A stretch of DNA of 64,000 nt from Setoptus koraiensis (GCA_048013815.1 CM106586.1:4464001-4528000), one strand, 5' to 3'; shown: positions 14,440 to 27,580, counted from the stretch's first letter. Notes: generated by a model not told the origin, from the letters alone. A program made the numbers and translations.

Positions 14440-14739
14440 TTACCGAGTGCCACCATATGGCACTTGGGATGGTCGGCGCGCGACCAAAAGCATTGCAGCA
14501 GCGGCATTATTATTCAGCTGATTCATTTGTTGTTGCGCAAGAATTCCTTCGTTCGAATTCCATCCCTCGAACGCTTCTTCGAATGCCTCGTTGGCTGCCG
14601 ATGCCGCCGCTGCTGCTGCTGCCGCTGTAACAACAGCAGCGGCGGCGAGTGACGCCGACCAGCAGATCAGGTAGCCATAGAGCGAGAACACAATGAGAAT
14701 GGGCAAGAAGAATCGGTCGGAATTCCAGTGAGTCGTCAT
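14440..14739 (-). CDS. Candidate secreted/prepropeptide first coding exon, 99 aa
   Basis: AAG-ATG start with an in-frame stop just upstream; hydrophobic signal-like FFLPILIVFSLYGYLICWSASLA; acidic/Ala/Asn spacer; then RR-PSQVPYGGTR ending on CG|GTAACC, a possible donor overlapping the stop. Confidence 0.5.
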   Translation of the reverse strand: MTTHWNSDRFFLPILIVFSLYGYLICWSASLAAAAVVTAAAAAAAASAANEAFEEAFEGWNSNEGILAQQQMNQLNNNAAAAMLLVARRPSQVPYGGTR

Positions 14740-15925
14740 CTTTTATTGTGCTCGAATCGATTGGACGCGTTGCATTCGTCGCCGCCGTCGCCAATTCCGT
14801 TCCATTTGGCCTGAGTTGGTCGCGGCAGATCGAGCCGGCCGGACTTTCGATCGGCGCAACCGAGCAATAGATCATCATTTAATAATGGGTCGTTTATTGA
14901 ACAGCGGCAACAATTAGCGCCAGTTAGCAGTGAAGCACGTAAGCTGCCGGCCAACAGCGGTCAGCATGATCCAGCCACAATGACCACCTAAACACCCGAT
15001 TCAGTCGGGCGACTGGTGAGCTGTGTGTGTGTGTAGCACAGGTGAGCTTGGTTTTTGTTATTAAGTAGAATACACAGTAAAGTACAGGTAGTCAGTCATT
15101 GTTAAATGCGCATTCTCGGCGCGTCTAGTGTGCACAGCTTGGCACATTGTTGTCATGATGTAACAACAATGATGATCTATCATTTGTGTGCCAGTCTCAT
15201 TATCGCTATTCATTATGTCATTGGTGGGCATTCCTTGGGCACAAACGTCACTGGACATGAGCTGGACACAAGGTATGAAAATGAGCAGCACACTCTCTTT
15301 GCTACACACGGTATAGAGTTGAACGAACAGCAACAAAATCAATTCTCGGTGTGTGTGTGTCGAAACAATTGATTCGAGCCGACATTGCAGCGAATGGAAC
15401 GGCACACAAAACGGCCAAGAAAGTTGATAGTTGTGTGATTGTTGGTGCCACTTGAGGCGCACACAATGACGGCCAGACAAATGATAACTCTCTGTCGGTC
15501 GCTTCGAATCAATCGACTTACCTGGCCAAAAGGTGCTTGTGAGTGTGCTGCAAAAGGGTGTGTGTGACGCAACAACAGCAACAACAGCAACAACAGCACA
15601 CAACCAGCAACAAGAAGCATACAAGCGACAAGAAAAGAATTGCTTGCGATCATGCCATCAACATGCTCATTAAGCATATAGGATGGAACGGATATAGGAC
15701 AAAGTGTTTAGCTGACCGGTTGTCACAAGTTACCTGTTGCACAGGTGAGCACAGGTGAGCACAGGTGAGCACGGCGCCGGGCAGTGTGTTGGAGGAGGAC
15801 AAAGGCGACAGTGCGACAAAGGAGCCGGCACAAACACGAAACAAACAATCGTCGTCTTTGCACGGCAACTCACTAGCTTGGCGCCGACTGCAGCGACCAC
15901 CACAGTGGTGCCCATCGACACTCAC

Positions 15926-16021
15926 CTGCGTCTTGTTGCGCAACTAACGCTGCGTCTTGTTGCGCAACTAACGCTGCGTCTTGTTGCGCAACTAACGCTG
16001 CGTCTTGTTGCGCAACTAACG
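15926..16021. repeat. 24-nt minisatellite x4 (CTGCGTCTTGTTGCGCAACTAACG)
   Basis: Four perfect copies at 15926, 15950, 15974 and 15998. Confidence 0.92.
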
Positions 16022-16990
16022 CGCTAACAACAACAAGCAGCTGACCACTTGTTGTTGTTGTTGTTACAGACGCCGGGGGTTGTTCAGCGCCGATACTGTT
16101 GGCGATATTGGCGCGTTAGCTTGCAGCCAGAGATGCGCTGGTCGCAATGTCGTGATATATCGCCGACTTGTTTGTTTGCGAGCAGCGGTGTGTTCTGGCG
16201 GGAAACAGTCCGGTGTGCAGATTAGAGATTGGCTCAATAATCAAATCAAACAATCGATCAAACAATGGCTCGCCGCTACACTGCGAATAAGTTATATATA
16301 CAGTTGCGAAGTGCTCGCAAAAGATGGCGGCCGAGATAATGAAATCACTGGCAAATTTGTGCAATTTGGCAGCTTCGCTCGTCGGCCACAATGGTCGCAT
16401 TTGGACAACGCTTGGGCGCTGAGATCGCTATCGGTCAGTGCGCCATACATCACGACAATTACCACGAGTGAACTATCTGGATCATGCCAGTGGCGTAATG
16501 ATGGTTTGTTTTGGCCATGCCAGCCCGACAATAATACATGTATGTGAGGGCAATGAGATAGAGCGGCCAGCCAAACAAGTGAGTTGCACTTGTATGGCTT
16601 TACAGTAAATTCGAGCACCAACAACAACAATTGCAACAATTTATCACATGCACTCGGCCAATTTGCCAATGGCTGCTGGCCCGGTCAGTTGGCTAAACGG
16701 CCGGCCGGCCAGTTGGCAGCTGAACTCAATTGATACTGCACCGATACTGTTTGGCGAATCGGTAAAGTGCGTGCGTTGCGCAATGTGCACCTCGCTGGCG
16801 CTGTTCGGCGTCTCGGCGTGATTTGTTCTCGTTTGGTGCAAGCGCACACTGAATGCACCACCAGTTGACTGACAATTGAATCGGCTAATTGAGTTGAGCT
16901 GAATCGGCCCACAACTAAGGGGGCGACACCGGCCAAATCCGATACGCAGATCACAATCGATTGTCGGCAGCGCTGTCTCCGCAGCGAGAA

Positions 16991-17081
16991 GCGATTCCGC
17001 TCGAGCGATTCCGCTCGAGCGATTCCAGTCGAGCGATTCCAGTCGAGCGATTCCAGTTGTGCGATTCCAGTTGTGCGATTC
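16991..17081. repeat. 14-nt tandem array x6.5 with paired variants
   Basis: GCGATTCCGCTCGA x2, GCGATTCCAGTCGA x2, GCGATTCCAGTTGT x2, then GCGATTC. Confidence 0.92.
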
Positions 17082-18851
17082 GAAAAAGAAAGCGTTCGCC
17101 ATGGAAAGTATCGGCGACCCGGCGTTGGCATGCGGGCCGACAGCGACATCGCAACGACGACACGGCAACGACGACACGGCAACAACGACACGGCAACAAC
17201 GACATCGCACTCTACGTGATGAGCTGGCCGGGTTGCGCAACGATCGCAGTCAGTGACAAAGGGCACTCCACTCAACAATGCAACTGTGAGCACCTCGCAC
17301 TTGATGTTTGTCGAAGCCCGTTGCGGGTCACAGACGAGTCGCTGGCCACAGTTGGTGCCGACTAACTGTAAACTGCAAACTCGACTCAGCTGTTGCTCAA
17401 CTGTCAAAATAATTGACACTAGCATGACATCTATTCATATAGGTACGAGACTCTCGTAGTGAGACCTTCGCAGTAAGACTGTCGCAGTGAGACTGTCGCG
17501 GTGAGACTGTCGCGGTGAGACTGTCACTGTGAGAGGCTCCACTCAAGTGACCTGTTGCACAACACTCTGTTGTTGTGATACTGTAGCATTAGCATTTGTT
17601 TGCGTGCCGTTCGCTGCGAAAACAGGTGAATTGTTGTCATAACTCATATAACAGGTAATGTAACGTGATGTGATGTAACATGGGCCGATGGAGTGGTTGC
17701 ACTGGATGGCCCATCATCGAGTAGTGGTCATCGATGGAGACCACTCTGGAGATCGATGGAGACGCCGACGCCATCTGGCGGCGCGCAAAACAAAAGAAGC
17801 TCGGCATTATTCAACTATTATTATACGTGTATAATAATAGTTGAAAGTTTGGCAAACTCTTGAAAGTTCAACTAGCTGTTAGAACAATGTAGTGGCCGAC
17901 ATATCTTACTTGTGTATATCTTTATGTTTATATATTACGGACAACAAGTCTGACAAGTGGTTGTCGGTGATACGACTGGCCGGCCGGCTGGACAAAGCGA
18001 ATTGTCGGACACGGCGTGGTTGTGTGTGTGATCGTGCCGAGTGAAACAAATATAAATAATCGTTGTTTGTGTCAGTGTTTATTTGGATACAAACAAGTAA
18101 TAAACATTGAACACAAGATGATATACATTTAATTTGTTGCGTTTGTTGTATCAGCACTCCCTGGCAAACTGACAATGGGGCCACCCAAGCGCACGACACA
18201 CAACCAACACGGACAGGGCCAAGCAAAAAGCGAACAGATAAAATGTGCGCTTGTCATGAATGGCTGTAAATTTGTAAACTATAAACGTATAAAGTTACTA
18301 TGACAACAAGACACACACATTTGCATACCATTTGGCAGTGGACACACGACCGGTTGGCATTGTGGATCGAGCATGGTGTGATAGGCGAGCTGATCGCCCA
18401 TCAAAAACAAATTGATTTACAATTGACAACAATCGCCTTGCTGCAATCTAGTGGCCGGTCTAGTGGCCAGTGTGATGCGCTCGACACGCATGCGAGCTGT
18501 CAAAAGTGTGAGGCTGGCATTTGCATAAGTAGTCGCTGTTGTTGTTGCTGCTGCTGCTGTTGTTGTTGCTGCTGTTGTTGCTGCTGTTGTTGCTGCCGGA
18601 CAACAAGTAACACGTTGAGTAATAAGTGATCAAATGAGGCCTTTGCTGGCCGCAATTCACTCATAACCCAATGTGATGCCGTGACCAATTGTTGGCGCGC
18701 GCCGCCGGCCGGCAATCGCGACAACCACGGCCAAGCCACACCCGACACCATGGCCGGCTGGAACAATCCGACGGGAGGCCGCTCACAACTCATGTAAATG
18801 CACACACAATCGCCAATTGAAACATGAGCTTGCGGCGCCTCCTCTCGGCCA

Positions 18852-18922
18852 TATAAAACAGGGCGTTGGCCGCACTGTTTTAGATGGCTGGCTCACACTT
18901 ACGCAACAATCGACAGGTGATA
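18852..18922 (+). promoter_or_regulatory. Possible TATA promoter with a short non-coding first exon
   Basis: TATAAAA at 18852-18858 in GC-rich context and CAG|GTGATA at 18916/18917; no downstream coding exon identified. Confidence 0.25.
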
Positions 18923-20922
18923 TTGGTTGCTGTTAGTCACGCTGCTCTTCATTCGTTTGCTGTCGGCCTGACGGGCCCTACTGACAACAGCGACACACAA
19001 CGGCCAAAAAGCGGCCCACAAACGCAGCAAGTGACTGAAACAAAAACAAAACAAAATCATTCATAAAAATATACGATACACAACGGATCGGAGAACCGGC
19101 CGGCACAACCGCGCCGGCCGAAACAAAACGGCCCGAATGATCCGGTCAGTCGGTCGGAATTATACACGTGCCTCGGTCGTGATGTGATACAACTGTGCGG
19201 CTTGTATTTGCATGACTAGGCGCCAAAATGTTGCCCGAACCGCCAACTTATCGACCCACAAAGAGATAACATCTCCGTGCTTCACGTTTTGCTTGGCAAA
19301 CGTTTATTGTCGGGCGTGAACATGATGAATTGAATTAGAGATAGAGCGGATATTTATATTTATCTATCTCTCTCTTTCTCTCACTGGCAGCGTTCGTGCA
19401 AACAATCCGAGCCAGCTGCTTGCATTCTTCTTCTGGGTACATAGCATATAATTGCTACTGCCAACAAACAATTTCTAATTCATCCGCAAACACCAACGAC
19501 AACAACAGCAACAACAACGGCGGCACAAAGTCACATAGTGATCATCAATTGACACTGGCTGGCACCTAAATTTGGCTAAAATTGCCCCTTTAATTGCCGC
19601 TTCAAAACTACCTGGCAAAAGGCTATAAATGAAGCCATAAGTGTCGGTCAACAGAGCGCTGAAACAGTAGAGACGAGATGAAGCCATTAGATTAGATGAG
19701 CGCGAGATTTAGGTTCCAGCACGGGCATATTTGACCAGCGAACACATTAAATTGCAACCCAAATGCCAAATGTTGACGCGCCAGAGACCAAAACAAACCT
19801 CAGTGATACATCAGACGAGACTAATTGCTTTGCATCGGGCAACCCTCTGCTCGCCACCAACTAATTTGTTGTCATCATTTTACTCTTGGCGCTCTTATCT
19901 CAATCATCGGCCCATCCGATTCATCAAACGCCAACATCCAACAATGTCCACTTGACCTCTGGCCCTCTCTGCTGGTTGGACCATGATTGCAACTGGGAGG
20001 ATCATGCAGAATTACACTGCGCCTTTGGAGATAAATACAGCTCTCAGTTGATTATTGCTAGCCGTACTGTTCCAATATCGAACATCCGCTGCATCCGAGT
20101 GAGAAGGGAAGAGCACTGAATGAGATGGATATAATTGTTGAGAGAAGCCGTGCAAGGTTGCTTTATCTCGAGTATCGCTGCAATTAGGGTCTAGGGTGCT
20201 GGTGAGAGGTTGAAAACTTAAGCGCCTCATCACCCGTTTACCGTTGTCGATTGATATTATTGTGAATAGTAGCCCGAATAACAATACGGACAAACATTAA
20301 TGTTCGTCTCAAACGCGACCGGCCATTGGGATAGTTGCAAGTGACCCAATGAAAAGTGATTACAATATCACCAATGACTGATTGAAAATAAAAAAAACAA
20401 ATGATAATAAATTTAATCTAACATCTGCCAGCGGTTGCAAAGATATTAAACTACAGCCCCTGCTTCTTTTATTCGACGTTTGGTCACACACGAATTGTGG
20501 TCGCAGGGCGCTTCCTTCTCTCAATTTATTCTCTACCTTTTTATTTTCCGTCATTTATCGATGAATCGAGACGTCGGTTACACTTACAAGACCGTTTTAT
20601 CCGTTCTCCTCCGAAACTCTTCCGCTTTCATTTGCTTGGATAATCTCATACACTTGAGACAATTCAATGGGAATGAAATTATCCTATATAAATGCGTCTC
20701 TCGACGATCTATTGAACGATACCAAGAACGTGCCTCCATGACAAGACTAGGGCTCCAGAGGCTCCGAAAGAAAAAACGGAAAAAGCCGCCTATCGGACAA
20801 ATGAGAAACTGAAAGATAACGAAATAGGTATGGATGAGTTTAGGCGACTTTCGAGGACTGTGATAATGCAAATCAATGACTTCAAACGTTCTAGCTACTA
20901 CCCGACAGACTATAAAAGTGTA

Positions 20923-21473
20923 GTGGGTGTCTTTTTTAAAATCGAGTAACTTTTTCTTAAATAACTTCCGATCCCCACGGCAGGGGGCGCTGTAGCGAAA
21001 TTTTATTTTGTGACCCAAAGTTAATCGGTTGACAATGATTTCATCATCATAGGTTGCGAAATAGACTCGTAACATGACTAAATGGAGATTTTCTGGCGTA
21101 AAAACTTGCTTTAAAACTGATTCTCGTGCAGAAATCCAGCAAAACTTGGTATTTTCTCAGTCAAGGGATTGAGGCAAGGAGATCGTAGGTCGGGAAGGTT
21201 CTGTTGATTTGCTACTCCCCAGTTCTGCCCCACTCTCCTAAATATCCAGAAAAATAAAGAAAAATAACAACTGACGTTCGTAACCTCTCTACGATCTAAA
21301 TAGTCCACGGCTAATGGAAATGAGTCCAAACTCATCTCGGCGCGTAATGACAGTATCCTTGCCAACCGATTACCATTGACTTATATTCCTCGAAAAAAAG
21401 TTTGAACGCCCCCTACCGTGGGGATCGGAAGTTATTTAAGAAAAATGTACTCTGTTTTTAAAAAGACACCCAG
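20923..21473. mobile_element. Non-autonomous Tc1/mariner-superfamily element (MITE), 551 bp
   Basis: 67-bp terminal inverted repeats (20923-20989 and 21407-21473, 60/67 identical by eye) flanked by TA at 20921-22 and 21474-75. Ends (C/G)TGGGTGTC resemble CAGGGTGT-type Tc1/mariner termini; no intact transposase. Confidence 0.85.
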
Positions 21474-23954
21474 TATACTATCACCGAGCATTTATAAACA
21501 ACGCCTATTCAACTGAAACATCCTATTCTCTTACAGTGTCACAATCTCATTAATCTAACCACTAATTGAGTGAATATTCTCGATTTCCGTACAATGAACT
21601 CGATCAGATTGTCACAACACTTGTCAGAGTGGGTTTCGAATCATTGTTCGTTGGATGTGTGTTTATTGTAAATCTGACAAGGTGGAACTCCAGAGTGTCA
21701 GCATTATCCAAACTGACAGCTTTTGGACGTTGCCGAAATTAAAGGTGAGGAGCACTTTGATAGCGCCTAATAGCCGATAGCTAACCGATGCCTTTATACA
21801 GTGATTATCCAGTGCCAAATTATAAATCTGAATTTGCCAATCAAGACTCGGCCGATTTCGATGACACTTTTATTGCATCAATTATCATCGGCCTCTAAAT
21901 CAAATGAACACTTTCACCTTTCGTACCCTTTTCCCGTTGAAGCACTTGAAGCCCCGATTGAGTGTCGATTGGAGTGTGTCACGACGAAACATTCCAATGG
22001 AAGTGTTTATCTCAAACTGGAGCGAGCATTTCAACGCGTTATCGATCGCGATCAAATTAGCAGCTCCACTAATTCTTGTCCTCAACCGGACTTTTTCTGT
22101 GTAATAATAGCGCCCAGTGCATTTATTCTGTTGCACCAAAAGCCCGTGTTAGAAATTAAAGGTCAGAGAGACCCTAAAGCCCGCTTATCAACCTTTGCGG
22201 CCGCTAACTTGTCCGATATTTTTAGCGATAGCTGATGTAAGCTATTAAGCGAAGGGCCAAATTGGTTAGTTTTCTTTCTGGGGGATATCGTCATGATTGA
22301 TTCCAGCGCGTTTGTGTTGTATGGGCGCTGTAAATTGTATGCTCGGCTATTTTTTGTCGTACATTGGCTCTGTATAATTCAGCATGGCAAGCATGTCATT
22401 AATTCTCTGGAAACAAACAAAACGACACAACATCGTTAGTGATAGAGATTAGAGCCGTCACGCCGGCATATAGCGATTGCCCGCTTGACAATCCTGACCA
22501 ATTCACCACCGATTAAGTTGTACGGGCAGTTATGTTGCCGTTTCGTCGCCAGCTCGCCAGCTCGCCAGCTCGCCAACTCGCCAGCTCGCCAACTCGTCAA
22601 TTATAAATCGATCTAGGACAATCCCGGGTGCCAGCACAGGTGATAGGCGCTGGTCTCGAATAACGGCAAGCTAGAGGCGAGTTGAGGCGCCACGCAGCGG
22701 GAGTGTGTATGTATGCGAGCGACACGGATTGAGGCTACAATTTTTCTAGAAGGACCACAACGACGTCTGCCACTAAATGGCTCGCAGAGAACAGAGAAAG
22801 AATAGATAATTTCCTGAAATTGGAGGCACCTCGGGCATCACGTTAGCGCTACATCACACAACATTTTGTGTGCTGACTACAACTCTGAGAATGGCCTTTT
22901 GGCTACGTCTAGAGACGGCTGAATGAGCAGGCATTGACAACAATGAACGGTCTTGGTCACTGGCCAGGTGATTAGGTGAGCGAGTTGCGCCATCGCTGAT
23001 TGTTTGTTCGTGCTCGTGCTCGCGCTCGATAAGATTGTCCATATTGTCTAAATATTGAACTTTCATCAAATCTTGTCAGCATTGCGTTATTAGTGATGGC
23101 CAAAGCCCATGGCTGAGGTGGTTAATATAGACCAAGAGGGCGCCAGGGGGCCAAGGGGCCAAGGGGAATGTGTGTATTTATATGTGCATGTGTTTATTAT
23201 ATTAGGCTGGTGCGGACGTGTCGTGTGGTGTTGCTGATTGTGTCAGTTGTGATCAGATATAACACGTTGGTGACAAGTTGTTATTTGTCCGTCGATGTCA
23301 TGTCAACTGACCAATCGCATTGGGCCCACACACGACAGCCGACAGCCGATAAACAACAGCCGACAGACGACAGATTGGAGAGTTTCGTCTGAAACGCCAT
23401 GAAATATCCACCTAACCTTACATATGGTTGACTGCGTGGGTCGGCCGACGCAACAGCCAAGAGGTTTTGTGTTTTGGGGCCACAAACAACAAGCACACTG
23501 TTTGTGTTGGTTGTAGCTTCAGCTCGCTGTCAGCCTCGGCTTGCTTACAGCGCGAAATATCTGGGAAACAATACGAGCAACGTTACAACGTTACGTGTCT
23601 ATTAATACCAGCCAAAGTAGACTGTCTATATGCATATACATCTGCCACCGGCGTCTATTATGTAATTATCGCGCACCCACAAGTAACTGCAATTAACCAC
23701 AAGCAACCATTCAGCTGCCACAGTTTCGCCAGGCCACAAATTGATATTTTGTTGCCCGATTATAGTTGAATTATCAAAAGAGTTGCAACACAATACGGCA
23801 CGCTCATTATGTGGGGCCGCACAATGGCAGCGACTGTTTGCTTTCGCAAAAGCATAGATTCGGTAAGTTTGTTTCGTTGCTGCCTCGTCGCCGTTATCTC
23901 CGGCCCTCAATACAGTTTTAGAGCGTGCCAAGGTAATGATACCGCTGTTGTCAT

Positions 23955-23984
23955 AGTCGTCGTCGTCGTTGTTGTTGTTGTTGC

Positions 23985-24030
<46 letters not shown>

Positions 24031-24060
24031 GCTGTTGTTGTTGCGTTGTTGTTGTTGCGT
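23955..24060. repeat. (GTT/GTC)n microsatellite
   Basis: Direct reading. Confidence 0.9.
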
Positions 24061-25620
24061 TGCTGCTGCAAGCGCAAATCTTGCTGCGTGTAGGCGGCCT
24101 GCTTATTATGTAATAATATCCGAACGAGCCACTCATGTTGGCAAGATTGTTGCATGGCAAAGTGCGCAGCGCTCTCAGATATTAGCTACTGTTATGATGA
24201 TGATTAGTTGCCGCTAATACTGTTCGCTGTTGCTTCACCATATAATTAGCCGTCGCTTCTTTTGGCGGCTAACTGTTGGCGGCTAACTGTTGGCGGCACC
24301 GCACCTAAGCCTAAATTAGTGCTCGTCCCAGACGCTAGTGGCTCCACAATGCACTGACGGACAGGTGAATGGCGAACGGATATTGAGTAATCAGAGATTA
24401 CATTGCAGTATATTGCTACTGGGCCAGGTAAAGTGGCGCAATCAACTGCACCAGATGGCTCATGAATACACATTGGCGCTGGCAATTGCCTGATTGGCTT
24501 GCCCGATCGATATATAACTCTCGTGCTTATAACTCTCACTCTCTCTCTTCGCCTCTTTTGTTCCTCGTCCATTATCTCTCTGTGATCTGGCTAGTGGTAT
24601 ACCTGTCCGACAGATACGCAGTATACATAACGGTATATGACGCTCTCTATCATTATGATAGTATCATAGGGCTGTGTGTCATGCACAGTCTCTATGATAC
24701 AGGCCCCAATGCACATTCAACAACAATCACCATAATGAATGCGCCCATGAATAAGCCGATCAACAATTATTCTCAATGACCAATTGTTGTTGTTGCTGTT
24801 GCTGTTGCTGTTATCAATTCTGACAAACTCCCACTCATTTGATTATAACAAACACACTGTCAGACATTGGCCGCTCTCTGTGGCTGGCCATGCAAACAAA
24901 TGATGAACTAGTTACTGCCGGCTCAACTCAACCGGCACGTATCTGGCCGGTTGTATCTATTTTCTATTATGTATGCATATTATGTATTAAATATCATGTA
25001 TTAAATATCATGTATCAATGCAATTGTTACGTCACTCTGTTTGCTTGTGTGCCATTGTTATTGTCGACACGACGTTTTGTGTATGTGCGTTTGTGTTTGA
25101 TCGCATCACAATTGCAGTTGCATCAGCTCAATGCACACGAATTATTGTGTGTGTCATCATATAGCATTTATAATTAACAACAATAACTGTATCTGCCAAT
25201 GGGTCATTGTTGCGCAACAACTGGGCCAGCGAGTCGAGGTGGCGAGCTCATTTGTGACTCATTTGTAGCTCATTTTCAGCTCATTTGTTTGTTCTCAGAA
25301 AGAGTGATCGTTGGCAGCGAGTCATTGGCTTAAATTCAGAATATGCCAATAAACTTCTCTGTACACTGCACCCCTTACATCCCTGTGACTATAAACTCTG
25401 GAGCGAGTACGCGCCCAGTCTGGCCACATCGCAGCCCAATAATGGGCGCCCTAACTAACTACTAACTAGCAATTTTTTCTAATCCTGCCCGCTTGCATCG
25501 CTCACACTGCAAATTCCCAATTTGCCCCCCATCCCTAGCTCCCAGTAAGCAGATGGCGCCGCCCTGGCGGATATGCATTGAACTCCGTGAGGGGCCTTGG
25601 GAGAAGCTCACTCGCTAGGC

Positions 25621-25680
25621 AAACAACAACAGCAACAGCAACAACAGCAACAACAGCAACAACAGCAACAACAACAGCGA

Positions 25681-25711
<31 letters not shown>

Positions 25712-25745
25712 AACAACAGCGACAACAACAACAACAGCAGCAGCA
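25621..25745. repeat. (CAA/CAG)n tract
   Basis: Direct reading; no splice or codon evidence that it is a coding polyQ exon. Confidence 0.85.
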
Positions 25746-27580
25746 TTATAAGCAGCGTCATAATCAATATCCAGCCACAATTGCTCGATTGTGCAGTTTG
25801 CGTCACGACACGCATGCGATTATGCCGTGCAGTGTGGCTGCGAATCATAATTATCATTACTAATTCGAGTAGGACAACAACTGTTTACATTATAAACTGG
25901 GCGCGCTTGCATCACAATTATAGTTTTAGCATAACGGACACGTGAGAGCGACAGGAAGTTAGCGAGCGAGCGAGCCAGCGCGGGCCTCATTATCATCAGC
26001 AACTGAGGCGGCCTCTAATGGATTACTTTTTGATTGGTGAGTACAGACACAGTCGCTAGTGGCGCGCAACTATTCAATTACAGAATTCAATTGCATCGAC
26101 AATTTCACAACTCGTCAATCTGGCTGCCAACTGGCCAGTCTCGATGCCAGCCTCGTTGCCGGCCTCGATGGCCAGACATGATGACTCGATATGTGGCCCA
26201 ACGAGCCGATGCACCGATAGCCCGATGGCTCAATTGCTCAATTGGCCGGGGCCTGCTGGCCCCAATGCGCGACCAATGCATTTTCCATTAAAAATTATCA
26301 AAAGCAAATCCAACGGCGCATTACAAACCAACGCATTGAATGCCCGTGATAATGCGCGTACAGGAATTTCGAGCAAAATTGTTGTTGTTGTCCACTCGAG
26401 CCTATTATGCATGAGGTCGAGCATTCATTAATCTTGATGCGACGAGTTGCCCGATTGCATTGAAAGCAAACTTGACGTAAGCACCCTCCTAAAAGAGAGG
26501 TGAGCACCTATCGAGTTGGCGTGGCGCAACCACTGGCGACCACTGCGTATAAAATAAAGTGATACTGCCACTGGAATTGTCAAGCCGAGCCAAATCAGAT
26601 GCACAATTTGTTGTTGTTGCGCTACTTCAATTATGCAACCACTAGCGGTTACATATACCTTTGCTGATACGACTCTAACTGATACGACTCTTACCTAACC
26701 AGTGGGTCTGGCTGGCGGCCAGCGCCGGCAACAAACCGACGACAGGCAGCTCGCTAAAGAGCATTCGTTGTAATGCCAAGTCCGAAAGCAGCGACCTTGC
26801 CGATCGTGCCCATTGTGAAGCGCCGCTCAAGCCAGACCGGCGCTCGAGCCAGACCGGCGCCCGAGCCAGACCGGCGCCCGAGCCAGACCGGCGCCCGAGC
26901 CAAACCGGCGCGACCCGTGCAGCCTTTCATTAATATGCGTATATTTATTTTATTTATTTCGAGCGGGCTCGTCGAGATTTGAGAACTAGCTCGCTGCAGC
27001 CTGCTGACAGTTTGCTGGTGCCGTTACTGCCGTCACAGCACTGCCAGGCTGTGCTGTGAACCCTAAACTACCGACAACAGCGACAAATAACGAGCTCAAG
27101 TGGGTACGTGTGTGTGTGTGCCGACGAGATTTGGATTGTAAACTTTAGAAACTTGGTCCTTTCGGCTCGACGTTATAAAATAAAATGTTGTATTGCGGTG
27201 GTTGCGCGCTCGTCAGCGACGCGCTTCCATGGGGCCCCAGGAAACGGCCAGGGCCCGCGCCCTTGGTGAGCTTTGGTGAGCGGGGCTTTTGAGCGACAAG
27301 AGCATCAAATCAGCAGCGACACACGACAATCAAATGTATCAGATCATGTAAATTGGTTGGTCTCTGTTTGTCCGTGGACGCGCTTCTATTTATGACATCA
27401 ACTCACCGCCAGTGCGGCTTGTTAGGCCGAGCTTGTGAGCGCGGACAGGCCATTGATGCTTGGCTGACATGATTCAACAATGACACACGCACACGCACAC
27501 AGTACACGTACATAGCGGTGCGATACCGGTCATGACTGGCCGGCCATTTGCAAATAATTGGCCCAAGTCGGTCGAGCGCT

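Noticed and set aside
8792-17534. Regular direct repeats as CRISPR arrays
   Set aside because: Head-to-tail with no unique spacers, no cas genes, eukaryotic context.
21111-21365. LRSPCLNPL inside the MITE resembling the Tc1/mariner PRSPDLNP motif
   Set aside because: Neighbouring transposase motifs are not recoverable in any frame; may be chance.
22750-23069. Possible exons: + ATKWLAENRERIDNFLKLE after TTTTTCTAG; - MKVQYLDNMDNLIERE...
   Set aside because: Short, no partner exons or recognisable family.
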